Below, one piece after another: positions 55,261 through 64,000 of a stretch of DNA of 64,000 nucleotides. The DNA lies in the NCBI GenBank assembly GCA_043825615.1, contig JBDRRS010000014.1, positions 31,029-95,028 of the forward strand, written 5' to 3'. The first letter of the stretch is position 1. Each line of letters starts with the position of its first letter. This stretch comes from a bacterium (GTDB taxonomy: Bacteria; CG03). Made by a program: the position numbers and the translations under genes. The notes below the pieces were generated by a model. It did not search any database and was not told the DNA's origin. It worked only from the letters and a program-made list of their open reading frames with translations.

Positions 55261-56633
55261 AAAAAGGTAAAGTTTATTTAATAGGAGCAGGCCCGGGTGA
55301 CCCGGGTTTGATTACCGTAAAGGGATTAGAGATTTTAAAACAGGCAGAAGTTGTAATTTATGATTATCTTGTGGATAAGACAATTTTGAAATATGCAAGT
55401 CCAACGGCAGAGTTGATATGCGCTGATGAATTAGATAGGGAAAGATTTAGCATAAATAAGATAATGGTGAAAAAAGCAAAAGCAGGAAAAAGAGTTGCGC
55501 GTTTGAAAAACGGGGACCCTTTTGTCTTTGGAAGGGCAAATGAAGAGATTGAAGCGCTGAGTAAAAACAGGATAGAATTTTCCGTGATTCCGGGAGTTAC
55601 TGCTGCAAATGCTGCCAGTTGTTTTAGCGGGATACCTTTAACAGCAAGAGGCGTTTCGTCAAATGTGGTATTTGCAACCGGTCATGAAGACCCTAAAAAA
55701 AATAAAGGTTTTATTAACTGGAAGAACATTGCTCAGGCTGATACCATTGTTTTATACATGGCAGTAGAAAACTTGCCTCAAATTACTCAAAAGTTGCTCG
55801 TATCAGGAAAGAAAATAAATACACCTGCAGCAGTTATTTCCGATGTGAGCAGGATTGGCCAGAAGATTGTTACAGGTGTTTTAAAAGATATTTCAAACAA
55901 GACAAAAGCAGAAAAAATATCTGCTCCTGCGATTGTAATTATCGGCGATGTTGTGAAAAAAGAAAGGAATTTTAACTGGTTCGGTAAAAACAGGAAGATA
56001 CTTTTTACAGGGCTTTCTTCGGAGAGGTTTTTTGAAAAAGGCATAATTTTTCATCTTCCCATGATTGAGATTAAACCTTTGAACGATTATAATGAGATGG
56101 ATAAATGGATTAAAAAGATAAATACTTTTGACTGGATTGTTTTTTCGAGCAGATTTGGAGCGCTTTATTTTTTCAGGAGATTATTAGGCCAGGGTTTTGA
56201 TACCCGTGTATTAAATGGAATAAAAATTGCGGCCATAGGAAATTCAACTGCTGGCAAATTAAGAGAATACGGCATCATTGCGGACATAATTCCGAAGCAG
56301 GAGTCGTCTTCCGGTCTGCTTGGGGAGTTGAGAAAATTAAACATTGCTGGTGCAAAGATTTTTCTGCCGCGCTCGGATATTGCTGATAAAGGTTTGACCG
56401 AAGGCTTAAAAAAGTTTGACGCTGTTGTTTATTCCTGTGTGGCTTACAGGAATGTTATGCCTGAAAATCTGCCGGACATGGACTTTGACTTTTTTGATGA
56501 GATTATATTCAGCAGTCCTTCAGCGGGAAGAAATCTTATAAAAAGATACGGAAAACCGCCGGAAAGAATCAGAATAAGAGCGATTGGTTCTGTGACCGGA
56601 AAGGAATTGAAAAAATGGGGTTTATCCGCTTAA
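55257..56633 (+). CDS. cobA: Uroporphyrinogen-III C-methyltransferase / uroporphyrinogen-III synthase fusion (CobA-HemD)
   Basis: The N-terminus VYLIGAGPGDPGLITVKG is the SAM-dependent tetrapyrrole methylase signature. The C-terminal 230 aa are HemD-like. Confidence 0.8.
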   Translation: MKKGKVYLIGAGPGDPGLITVKGLEILKQAEVVIYDYLVDKTILKYASPTAELICADELDRERFSINKIMVKKAKAGKRVARLKNGDPFVFGRANEEIEALSKNRIEFSVIPGVTAANAASCFSGIPLTARGVSSNVVFATGHEDPKKNKGFINWKNIAQADTIVLYMAVENLPQITQKLLVSGKKINTPAAVISDVSRIGQKIVTGVLKDISNKTKAEKISAPAIVIIGDVVKKERNFNWFGKNRKILFTGLSSERFFEKGIIFHLPMIEIKPLNDYNEMDKWIKKINTFDWIVFSSRFGALYFFRRLLGQGFDTRVLNGIKIAAIGNSTAGKLREYGIIADIIPKQESSSGLLGELRKLNIAGAKIFLPRSDIADKGLTEGLKKFDAVVYSCVAYRNVMPENLPDMDFDFFDEIIFSSPSAGRNLIKRYGKPPERIRIRAIGSVTGKELKKWGLSA

Positions 56634-57589
56634 GCCGTTTAAGAAGAAAAGAATCTTTACGGAAACTGGTTCAGGGCATCCGGATTTCTGTAAAAGATTT
56701 TGTTCTTCCTGTCTTTGTCCTTGAGGGGAAAAACAGGAAAGAGGAAATTTCCTCTATGCCCGGGGTCTTCAGGTTTTCCCCCGACAATTTAATAAAGGAA
56801 ATAGAAGAAGTGAAGAAATTGGGTATTATTGCAGTTCTTCTTTTTGGTGTCCCTGAAGAGAAAGATGAAAAAGGTTCTTCAGCTTTTGATAAAAATGGAA
56901 TTGTACAAAAGGCGGTTAAAAAAATAAGACAGGAATTCCCTGACATGGTATTAATAACCGATGTGTGCCTCTGCGGTTATACTTCCCATGGACATTGCGG
57001 CATAACAAAAATTAAAAGTTGCATTATTGACAATGATGCTACTTTGAAAATCCTGTCAAAAATTGCATTGTCGCACGCACAAGCAGGCGCTGATATTGTT
57101 GCTCCCTCGGCAATGATGGACGGACAGGTAACGACAATAAGAGAAACGCTGGATAAAAAGGGTTTCAAAGATGTTGCCATAATGGGATATTCCGCAAAAT
57201 ATTCTTCAGGGTTTTATGGCCCGTTCAGAGAAGCTGCGCAATCGTCACCTCATTTCGGAGACAGAAAAAGTTATCAGATGGATTATCATAATGTAAGGGA
57301 AGCTTTGAGAGAGGTGGAAGCAGATATAAAAGAGGGCGCTGATATTGTTATGGTAAAACCGGCTCTAACTTATTTGGATGTAATAAAGACAGTAAAGGAT
57401 AATTACGGGATACCTCTTGCAGCCTATAATGTGAGCGGAGAATACAGCATGGTGAAAGCCGCTTCTATGCAGGGTTGGCTTAATGAAAAAAAAGCGGTAT
57501 TGGAGATATTGACTTCGATTAAAAGAGCAGGCGCAGATATTATCATAACCTACTGGGCAAAGGATGCAGCAAAATGGCTAAGAAAATGA
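56615..57589 (+). CDS. hemB: Porphobilinogen synthase (delta-aminolevulinic acid dehydratase)
   Basis: Cys-rich zinc site DVCLCGYTSHGHCG and active-site Lys regions. 324 aa. Confidence 0.85.
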   Translation: MGFIRLSRLRRKESLRKLVQGIRISVKDFVLPVFVLEGKNRKEEISSMPGVFRFSPDNLIKEIEEVKKLGIIAVLLFGVPEEKDEKGSSAFDKNGIVQKAVKKIRQEFPDMVLITDVCLCGYTSHGHCGITKIKSCIIDNDATLKILSKIALSHAQAGADIVAPSAMMDGQVTTIRETLDKKGFKDVAIMGYSAKYSSGFYGPFREAAQSSPHFGDRKSYQMDYHNVREALREVEADIKEGADIVMVKPALTYLDVIKTVKDNYGIPLAAYNVSGEYSMVKAASMQGWLNEKKAVLEILTSIKRAGADIIITYWAKDAAKWLRK

Positions 57590-58896
57590 ATAAAAGACTA
57601 TTTAAAGAAGCGGAGAAGCACATACCGGGCGGAGTGAATTCTCCTGTAAGGGCGTTTAAAGCAGTCGGTGGAACCCCCTTGTTTATTAAAAGGGGAAAAG
57701 GTTCGAAAATTTATGATGTTAAAGGAAGAGAATATATTGATTATGTGATGTCATGGGGCGCATTGGTCTTAGGACATGGTCATCCTGAAGTAATCAGAAA
57801 AGTCAGAGCCGCCCTTGTAAACGGAACAAGTTTCGGCGCTCCTACGCAGATAGAAACGGAACTGGCAAAAGAGATTTGTAAAGCATATCCTTCAATTGAA
57901 AAGGTACGCCTGGTAAATTCAGGCACAGAGGCGTGCATGAGCGCTGTAAGGCTGGCAAGAGGTTATACGGGAAGAGCAAAAATTATTAAATTTTCCGGTT
58001 GTTATCACGGTCATGCTGATTATCTGTTGGTTCAGGCAGGTTCAGGCATGACAACATTTCGTTCAACGAGTTTGGGGGTGCCAAAAGATTTTATCAAGTA
58101 TACTTTTGTTCTGCCATATAATAATTTAGATGCAGTTGAGAAAACAGTAAAGAAGTATCACAAAGATATTGCCTGTATTATTATAGAACCGATTGCAGGG
58201 AACATGGGCGTTGTATTGCCGGAAGGGGATTTTCTGCAGGGTCTTCGTGAAATTTGCGACCGGTATAAAATAGTCCTTATTTTTGATGAGGTGATTACGG
58301 GCTTCAGAGTTGCTTATGGCGGGGCACAGGAAATTTATAGAGTAAAACCTGACATAACCTGTCTTGGAAAAATTATTGGCGGAGGATTGCCCATAGGAGC
58401 ATTTGGCGGGAATAAGGAAATTATGGATAATCTTTCTCCCGGGGGAGATGTATATCAGGCAGGCACATTATCAGGCAATCCTGTTGGTGTAACCGCCGGT
58501 CTTACAACATTAAAAATTCTTTCCACAAGAAAAGTATACGGTTTACTTGAAAAAAAAGCCGGACTTCTTTGCAAAGGGATTGAAGAAAATATAAACAAGA
58601 CAGGAGTAAAAGCCGTTATAAACAGGGCGGGTTCAATGTTTACAATATTTTTTACAAATGAGAAGGAAGTTTGCTATTATAAAACAGCGGCACGGTCAAA
58701 TACCGGACACTATGCACAGTTTTTTCATGAAATGCTGAAACAGGGGATTTATCTACCTCCGTCACAGTTTGAGTCCTGCTTTGTTTCTATTGCGCATACA
58801 GAAGCTGATATTAAAAAAACAATAAAAGCGTCTTTAATGGCATTTGAAAAATATAAGGTCGCCTCTTCGGCGACCTGCCGGGGAGGCAGGAGGTAA
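57574..58896 (+). CDS. hemL: Glutamate-1-semialdehyde 2,1-aminomutase
   Basis: Class III aminotransferase PLP fold. HemL N-terminus GGVNSPVRAF and the FDEVITGFR PLP region. Confidence 0.85.
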   Translation: MAKKMNKRLFKEAEKHIPGGVNSPVRAFKAVGGTPLFIKRGKGSKIYDVKGREYIDYVMSWGALVLGHGHPEVIRKVRAALVNGTSFGAPTQIETELAKEICKAYPSIEKVRLVNSGTEACMSAVRLARGYTGRAKIIKFSGCYHGHADYLLVQAGSGMTTFRSTSLGVPKDFIKYTFVLPYNNLDAVEKTVKKYHKDIACIIIEPIAGNMGVVLPEGDFLQGLREICDRYKIVLIFDEVITGFRVAYGGAQEIYRVKPDITCLGKIIGGGLPIGAFGGNKEIMDNLSPGGDVYQAGTLSGNPVGVTAGLTTLKILSTRKVYGLLEKKAGLLCKGIEENINKTGVKAVINRAGSMFTIFFTNEKEVCYYKTAARSNTGHYAQFFHEMLKQGIYLPPSQFESCFVSIAHTEADIKKTIKASLMAFEKYKVASSATCRGGRR

Positions 58897-58897
58897 A

Positions 58898-59752
58898 ATG
58901 GCGGAATATGACATTAAACAATTGAAAGCCGGCGGATTTATGAAACAGAAGGGGAAAGATTTATTCTCAGTCAGACTCCGCATTGTCGGAGGTTTCGTTA
59001 AAAGTGCGCAGCTTCCCAAATTGCAGAAAATCGCTGATAAATACGGACGCGGTTATATTCATCTCACCACCCGTCAGGGAATTGAAATTCCCCATGTGCA
59101 TTTTAAGGATTTTGAGAATGTGAAAAAAGAATTAAAAGAAGCAGGTCTGGGAATTGGCGCCTGCGGCCCTCGCGTCAGGACAATAACCGCGTGTCAGGGA
59201 AAGGCCTGTTCCCACGGACTCATTGACAGCCAGGAGCTTGCCGGGCATATTGATAAAATATTTTTCGGCAGCGCCGGGCTGCCCCATAAATTTAAAATAG
59301 GTATTACAGGTTGCCCGAATGCCTGTATTAAGCCGCAGGAAAATGACCTTGGCATTATGGGAATAATAAAAAAAGGTTTTGATAAGAATCTGTGTAATTA
59401 TTGCGGATTGTGCGCGGAAGTCTGTCCTGTGAAAGCAATAAAAGTTAGTGAGGGAAACATTGAATACAATGAAAAAAAATGTATAGGCTGCGGGGAGTGT
59501 GTTTTTTCCTGTCCTACTTGTGCATGGAGAAAAGATATGGAAGGTTACAGGATATTTGCAGGCGGCAAGATGGGCAAGTTTCCTAAACTGGGTTTTCCGC
59601 TTTTTGATTTTTACAGGAATTTAGACGAATTGTTAAATATCATAGAAAGACTGTTTGAGTTTTATAAGGAACAGGGAATAAAAGGAGAAAGATTCGGAGA
59701 CACAATAGACCGGCTGGGAATAGAGTATGTTAAAAATAAGTTGAGTGTTTGA
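58898..59752 (+). CDS. Small nitrite/sulfite-reductase-like sirohaem-[4Fe-4S] protein with an extra ferredoxin-type 2x[4Fe-4S] insert
   Basis: NiR/SiR ferredoxin-like half-domain plus [16 protein letters not shown]...GCPNAC (sirohaem-coupled cluster) and [12 protein letters not shown] / [14 protein letters not shown] aggagg lies before the ATG at 58898. The longest ORF begins at 58844. Confidence 0.55.
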   Translation: MAEYDIKQLKAGGFMKQKGKDLFSVRLRIVGGFVKSAQLPKLQKIADKYGRGYIHLTTRQGIEIPHVHFKDFENVKKELKEAGLGIGACGPRVRTITACQGKACSHGLIDSQELAGHIDKIFFGSAGLPHKFKIGITGCPNACIKPQENDLGIMGIIKKGFDKNLCNYCGLCAEVCPVKAIKVSEGNIEYNEKKCIGCGECVFSCPTCAWRKDMEGYRIFAGGKMGKFPKLGFPLFDFYRNLDELLNIIERLFEFYKEQGIKGERFGDTIDRLGIEYVKNKLSV

Positions 59753-59763
59753 GGAGGAAAACA

Positions 59764-60906
59764 ATGGCAATAAAGATTTTAATTAACGGTAAAGAAGAGG
59801 AATTGGAGAAAGAGATGGAAGTTCTGGAGGTGCTTAAGAAAAAAAATATCCGGCCGGAAGTGGTAACCGTAGAGTTGAATAAAAAGATAATAAATAGTAA
59901 AGATTATCAGTCAACCCTGCTTAAACAGGGTGATGTGCTTGAGTTTGTCTTTTTTATGGGAGGAGGCCGGAGCAAAATGCCCGATGAAGTTGCCGGTAAT
60001 GTTCTGGAATTGGTAGGAAACACGCCTACGGTAAGATTGAACAGGATTGTTGACAAAGAGTGCGCGGAAGTTTATGCCAAGCTGGAATCTTTTAATCCGG
60101 GCGGCAGTGTCAAAGACCGTATTTGCCTTTCTATGATTGAAGATGCGGAAAAGAAAGGAAAATTGAAGCCCGGCGCAATAATCGTTGAACCGACATCGGG
60201 AAATACAGGAATAGGCCTGGCAATGGTGTGCGCGGTCAAGGGGTATAAATGCATTCTGACAATGCCGGAATCAATGAGTCTTGAACGGATATTTATATTG
60301 AAATCTTACGGAGCAGAGGTTGTTTTAACGCCGTCTGCCGAAGGAATGCAGGGAGCGATAAAAAAAGCGGAAGGGATTATTAAAAAGACCCGGAACAGTT
60401 TTATGCCGCAGCAATTTAATAATCCGGCTAATCCTGAAGTACACCGCAGAATCACTGCAAAAGAAATACTGGCGGTTCTCGACGGCAAACTGGACGCTTT
60501 TGTTGCCGGCGTAGGAACAGGCGGAACGATTACGGGAGTAGGCGAAATCCTTAAAAAGAAAAACCCGGATATAAAGATAATAGCAGTTGAACCTTTAACT
60601 TCAGCAGTGCTGTCCGGTAAAAGCGCCGGTCCGCATAAAATTCAGGGGATTGGCGCAGGTTTTATTCCGGAGGTTCTAAACCGCAAAATAATTGATAAAA
60701 TCATTACAGTGGGTGACAAGCAGGCTTTTGATATTGCGAGGCGGCTGGCCAGAGAAGAAGGTTTGTTAGTAGGTATTTCTTCCGGGGCGGCGGTCTTTGC
60801 CGCGCTTAAGACGGCAAAGGATTTAGGGGCGGGGAAAAGAGTGATTGTCATCCTGCCTGATACGGGAGAAAGATATTTCAGTATGGAGCAGTATTTTACT
60901 GCCTGA
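59764..60906 (+). CDS. Fusion: ThiS/MoaD/CysO-like sulfur-carrier domain (ending GGG) plus cysteine synthase (CysM/CysK-type PLP enzyme)
   Basis: The N-terminal 70 aa form a beta-grasp-like domain [12 protein letters not shown]...[17 protein letters not shown]. The linker [10 protein letters not shown] comes next, then the full OASS fold ([27 protein letters not shown]). This fold is about 65-70 percent identical to cysK at 47977. SD gaggagg. Confidence 0.65.
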   Translation: MAIKILINGKEEELEKEMEVLEVLKKKNIRPEVVTVELNKKIINSKDYQSTLLKQGDVLEFVFFMGGGRSKMPDEVAGNVLELVGNTPTVRLNRIVDKECAEVYAKLESFNPGGSVKDRICLSMIEDAEKKGKLKPGAIIVEPTSGNTGIGLAMVCAVKGYKCILTMPESMSLERIFILKSYGAEVVLTPSAEGMQGAIKKAEGIIKKTRNSFMPQQFNNPANPEVHRRITAKEILAVLDGKLDAFVAGVGTGGTITGVGEILKKKNPDIKIIAVEPLTSAVLSGKSAGPHKIQGIGAGFIPEVLNRKIIDKIITVGDKQAFDIARRLAREEGLLVGISSGAAVFAALKTAKDLGAGKRVIVILPDTGERYFSMEQYFTA

Positions 60907-60920
60907 TAGGGAGTAAAGAA

Positions 60921-61166
60921 ATGAATGATATGAAGATTGACGGGAAGCTCGACCTGCGGGGTGTAATTTGTCCGATGAATTTTGTTAAAACAAAACTCAA
61001 ACTTGAAGAGATGCAGCCGGGGCAAATTCTTGAAGTGATACTTGATGACGGTGAGCCGGTTAGAAATGTTCCGCGCAGTGTAAAAGAAGAAGGGCATAAG
61101 ATTGTCAAAGTGGAAAGACTTGAGAATGCCTTCAAATTGCTGATTAAAAAATCTACGGAGGTTTGA
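60921..61166 (+). CDS. tusA: TusA-family sulfurtransferase
   Basis: 81 aa. CPxP motif LRGVICPMNFVKTK at the N-terminus of the TusA two-layer fold. Confidence 0.65.
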   Translation: MNDMKIDGKLDLRGVICPMNFVKTKLKLEEMQPGQILEVILDDGEPVRNVPRSVKEEGHKIVKVERLENAFKLLIKKSTEV

Positions 61167-62399
61167 ATGTCTTTTGTTAGAGGACTAAAATGCAGAGAAT
61201 GCGGCAGAAAATATCCTAAAGAACCGATTTATGTGTGCGAGTATTGTTTCGGCCCGTTGGAAGTGGATTATGATTATTCAGGAATAAAGAAAAAGCTAAA
61301 CAGAGATTTGATTGTTTCACGCCCCAAAAATCTCTGGCGTTATCGTGAATTGCTGCCTATCGACGGCGACCCGGTGGTTGGTCTGCAATCAGGTTTTACA
61401 CCGCTGATTAAAGCGGATAATTTAGCAAAAAAATTAGGAGTGAAGGAGTTATATGTCAAAGATGATTCGGTGTGTCATTCGACTCTTTCTTTCAAAGATA
61501 GAGTGGTCTCGGTTGCTATCTCTAAAGCAAAAGAATTCGGCTTTGATACTGTTGCCTGCGCTTCCACGGGGAATTTGGCAAATGCCGTCTCCGCGCAGGC
61601 CGCTCAGGCAGGCATGAAATGTTTTGTTTTCATACCTGCGGACCTGGAATCAGGAAAAGTAATTGCTTCGCTGATATATGCCCCGAGGGTTATTGCAGTC
61701 GAGGGAAATTACGATGAAGTGAACCGTCTTTGCACGGAAGTTGCAAATAAATACAAATGGGCATTTGTTAATATCAATATACGGCCTTATTATGCCGAGG
61801 GCTCAAAAACTTATGTTTATGAAATTGTTGAACAGCTTGGCTGGCGCGCGCCGCGCCACATTATTGTTCCGGTTGCGGGAGGGTCTTTGCTTTCCAAAAT
61901 CTGGAAAGGCTTGCAGGAGTTTCAAAAATTAGGGCTGATTGACGAATTTAACACAAAAATTTATGCTGCCCAGGCGCATGGCTGCTCTCCTGTGGTTACG
62001 GCGATTAAAGAGAACAGCGAAATTATCAAGCCGGTAAAACCAAAGACAATTGCCAAATCTTTAGCCATCGGGAATCCTGCGGACGGATACTATGCTTTTA
62101 AGACGGTTATGGAAAGCGGCGGCTGGGGGGAGGAGGCAACCGATGCAGAAATAGTTGAAGGGATAAAACTGCTTGCTTTAACCGAGGGAATATTCACTGA
62201 AACAGCAGGAGGCGTTACTGTTGCCGTAGCCAAAAAGCTTATTGCTCAGGGGAGAATTCCGAAGGATGAGTCAATAGTTATTTCGATTACAGGCAACGGG
62301 TTAAAGACACAGGAGGCGGTAGCGGGCAAAACAGGGGAACCGGTAAAGATAAAAGCGAATATAGATTCTTTTGAAGAAACAGTCCAGGTAAAAGGATGA
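61167..62399 (+). CDS. thrC: Threonine synthase-family PLP enzyme with an N-terminal zinc ribbon
   Basis: CRECG...CEYCFGPLEV zinc ribbon. PLP-lysine context SFKDRVV. 410 aa. Confidence 0.7.
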   Translation: MSFVRGLKCRECGRKYPKEPIYVCEYCFGPLEVDYDYSGIKKKLNRDLIVSRPKNLWRYRELLPIDGDPVVGLQSGFTPLIKADNLAKKLGVKELYVKDDSVCHSTLSFKDRVVSVAISKAKEFGFDTVACASTGNLANAVSAQAAQAGMKCFVFIPADLESGKVIASLIYAPRVIAVEGNYDEVNRLCTEVANKYKWAFVNINIRPYYAEGSKTYVYEIVEQLGWRAPRHIIVPVAGGSLLSKIWKGLQEFQKLGLIDEFNTKIYAAQAHGCSPVVTAIKENSEIIKPVKPKTIAKSLAIGNPADGYYAFKTVMESGGWGEEATDAEIVEGIKLLALTEGIFTETAGGVTVAVAKKLIAQGRIPKDESIVISITGNGLKTQEAVAGKTGEPVKIKANIDSFEETVQVKG

Positions 62400-62403
62400 A
62401 AAT

Positions 62404-64000
62404 ATGGATTTAATTCTTCGGTGGTTTCAGAGCAATATGGATATTATTTTTTTTATTTACGGAACAGCCTTTGTCGCGCTGGGAATTGCGGTTTTGGTTC
62501 AGCCGAAAAAAGACAGCGAATTTAAGTTGGCCGGAATTTTATGGCTTTTAGCCGGATTCGGTATAACTCACGGCTTAAATGAATGGCTGGACATGTGGTC
62601 AATAATTAAAGGCAGTCATCCGGTTTTAGATATGGTCAGATGGTTTGTACTTGTCATTTCCTACTTTTTCTTATTTGAATTCGGCAGACGGCTTTTCAGA
62701 ATAACCGGGCAGAAATGCCCTGTGTGGCGGCAAAAAAGCGCGAATGTTTTTATCCGGCAGCTATTACCGGTTATTGGATTTTTCATTCTTATTACAGGGT
62801 TTATATCCGCCGATTTCTGGAAAACGGGAAGCATCTGGACAAGATATCTGCTGGGTTTTCCCGGAGGCCTTTTAATCGGCTTCGGTTTCTTTTTCTATTA
62901 TGAGTGTGAAAAAGAAACGCTGAGGCCGCTCAAAGTAAAAAAGCATTTTCTTGTCGCAGGTTTGACATTCGTTACTTATGGTATTTTAGGGGGATTGGTT
63001 GTGCCGAAAGGAAATTTTTTTCCTGCCAACTGGCTCAATACCGATTCATTCTGTTTGACGGCGCACATTCCGGTACAGGTTTTTCGCGCGGTGTGCGCGG
63101 TGCTCGCCGCATGGTCCGTGGGCGGAATGCTTAAAATATTCAACTGGGAGCAAAGGAAGAAAATTCAGGACGCTTTCTTAATGAGAGAAAGAATAACCGA
63201 GGGAATTGGAGAAGGTATTCTTTTAATTGATAAGGACTTTAAGATAATCTGGGCGAATAAAAAAATCAGGGATGTTTACGGAGATGTAATCGGAGATTAT
63301 TGTTATCATGCAACTCATAAAAGAAATACGCCCTGTCAGCCGCCAAACGACCCCTGTCCTCTATTAGAGGTTTTAAAAACAGGTAAACCCCGGACATTTC
63401 TTCATACGCATCTTGATAAAGAAAATAATCCGGTATTTTTTGAAACTAGCGTTTATCCTGTGAGAAATGGAAAAGGTGAAATTACCGAATTTGTTCATTT
63501 AGCAAAAGATGTAACAGAAAGAGTAAAATTAGAAGAAACCATTAAAAGTATTGGTAATCCTTTAATTGTTACGGATCCAAAGGGGAAGATAGTTGTGGCA
63601 AACCGCCTTGTCCTTCATTTGCTTGGATATAAGGAAGAGGAAATTTTTGGTAAATCTATAGGAAAGATTTTTACAGAAGAGGAAGAAGAATTACAGCAAC
63701 TGCTTCATCGTCTCAAACTTGATATTCTTTTAGAATCGGGTTCTGTCCGGAATTTTGAAACAAAGATTTTTACAAAAGAGAAAAAAGAAATCCCTGTTTC
63801 TTTAAGAGCTTCCCTGGTGAAGCGAGAAGGAAAACTTGTAGGGTTTGTCTGCGTTTTCGGAGATTTAAGAGAAATAAGAAAATTACAGGAGCAGCTCATT
63901 CAGACGGAAAAACTGACGTCACTGGGAATGTTAGTCGGCGGCGTCGCGCATGAATTGAATAATCCTCTCACGGCTGTTCTCTCTCTCTCCCAGCTCATTT
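62404..64000 (+). CDS. Sensor histidine kinase with an N-terminal polytopic membrane domain and tandem PAS domains (3' end beyond the window)
   Basis: Manual translation of the open frame (it has no stop, so it is absent from the ORF track). It runs MDLILRWFQSNMDIIFFIYGTAFVALGIAVLV ... PAS (GILLIDKDFKIIWANKK...) ... PAS ... H-box LVGGVAHELNNPLTAVLSLSQL at the window end. Confidence 0.6.
   Translation, partial: MDLILRWFQSNMDIIFFIYGTAFVALGIAVLVQPKKDSEFKLAGILWLLAGFGITHGLNEWLDMWSIIKGSHPVLDMVRWFVLVISYFFLFEFGRRLFRITGQKCPVWRQKSANVFIRQLLPVIGFFILITGFISADFWKTGSIWTRYLLGFPGGLLIGFGFFFYYECEKETLRPLKVKKHFLVAGLTFVTYGILGGLVVPKGNFFPANWLNTDSFCLTAHIPVQVFRAVCAVLAAWSVGGMLKIFNWEQRKKIQDAFLMRERITEGIGEGILLIDKDFKIIWANKKIRDVYGDVIGDYCYHATHKRNTPCQPPNDPCPLLEVLKTGKPRTFLHTHLDKENNPVFFETSVYPVRNGKGEITEFVHLAKDVTERVKLEETIKSIGNPLIVTDPKGKIVVANRLVLHLLGYKEEEIFGKSIGKIFTEEEEELQQLLHRLKLDILLESGSVRNFETKIFTKEKKEIPVSLRASLVKREGKLVGFVCVFGDLREIRKLQEQLIQTEKLTSLGMLVGGVAHELNNPLTAVLSLSQLI

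Noticed and set aside
1-64000. CRISPR arrays, rRNA, tRNA, tmRNA, integrase or transposase genes
   Set aside because: No periodic direct repeat/spacer array and no cloverleaf-compatible intergenic segment were found. All longer intergenic regions are accounted for by promoters, riboswitch-like leaders or the R1/B repeat elements. No transposase- or integrase-like ORF is present.

Overview
Mostly + strand-coded chromosomal segment from a diderm bacterium. Lol lipoprotein export, a TonB-dependent receptor, a secretin and T9SS-like sorting domains together suggest an uncultured FCB-type lineage. Order of content: the lysS 3' end; lolCE-lolD; an IlvE-like aminotransferase; an orphan mcsA-mcsB pair; a GT39-like membrane glycosyltransferase; glyQ-glyS; ctc (L25)-pth; a DUF502 protein; the type IV pilus genes pilMNOPQ followed by an O-antigen-ligase-like gene; tgt-yajC-secD-secF; ftsZ-pilT-pgeF. 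Next comes an accessory-looking locus: a 1015-aa secreted protein with a T9SS type-A-like C-terminal domain plus an outer-membrane beta-barrel gene; HepT/MNT toxin-antitoxin genes and a RelE/ParE remnant; and on the - strand an apparent operon of three pilin-like genes, a 1770-aa FN3/propeller-repeat protein with a CHU_C-like tail, and a second beta-barrel with a coiled-coil extension. After that: an RHH regulator gene; btuB and btuFCD each preceded by a cobalamin-riboswitch-like leader; and a long sulfur-assimilation locus. The sulfur locus contains Rrf2-cysK, DUF39 plus NIL-ferredoxin, an XdhC-like gene, a CysH-like gene, a PiT permease, a JAMM-ArsC fusion, hemA-hemC-cobA/hemD-hemB-hemL, a sulfite-reductase-like gene, a ThiS-like~CysM fusion, tusA and a ThrC-like gene. 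The window ends in a partial PAS histidine kinase. I found three small repeat families, two intergenic and one inside hemA/hemC. I found no rRNA, tRNA or CRISPR array.
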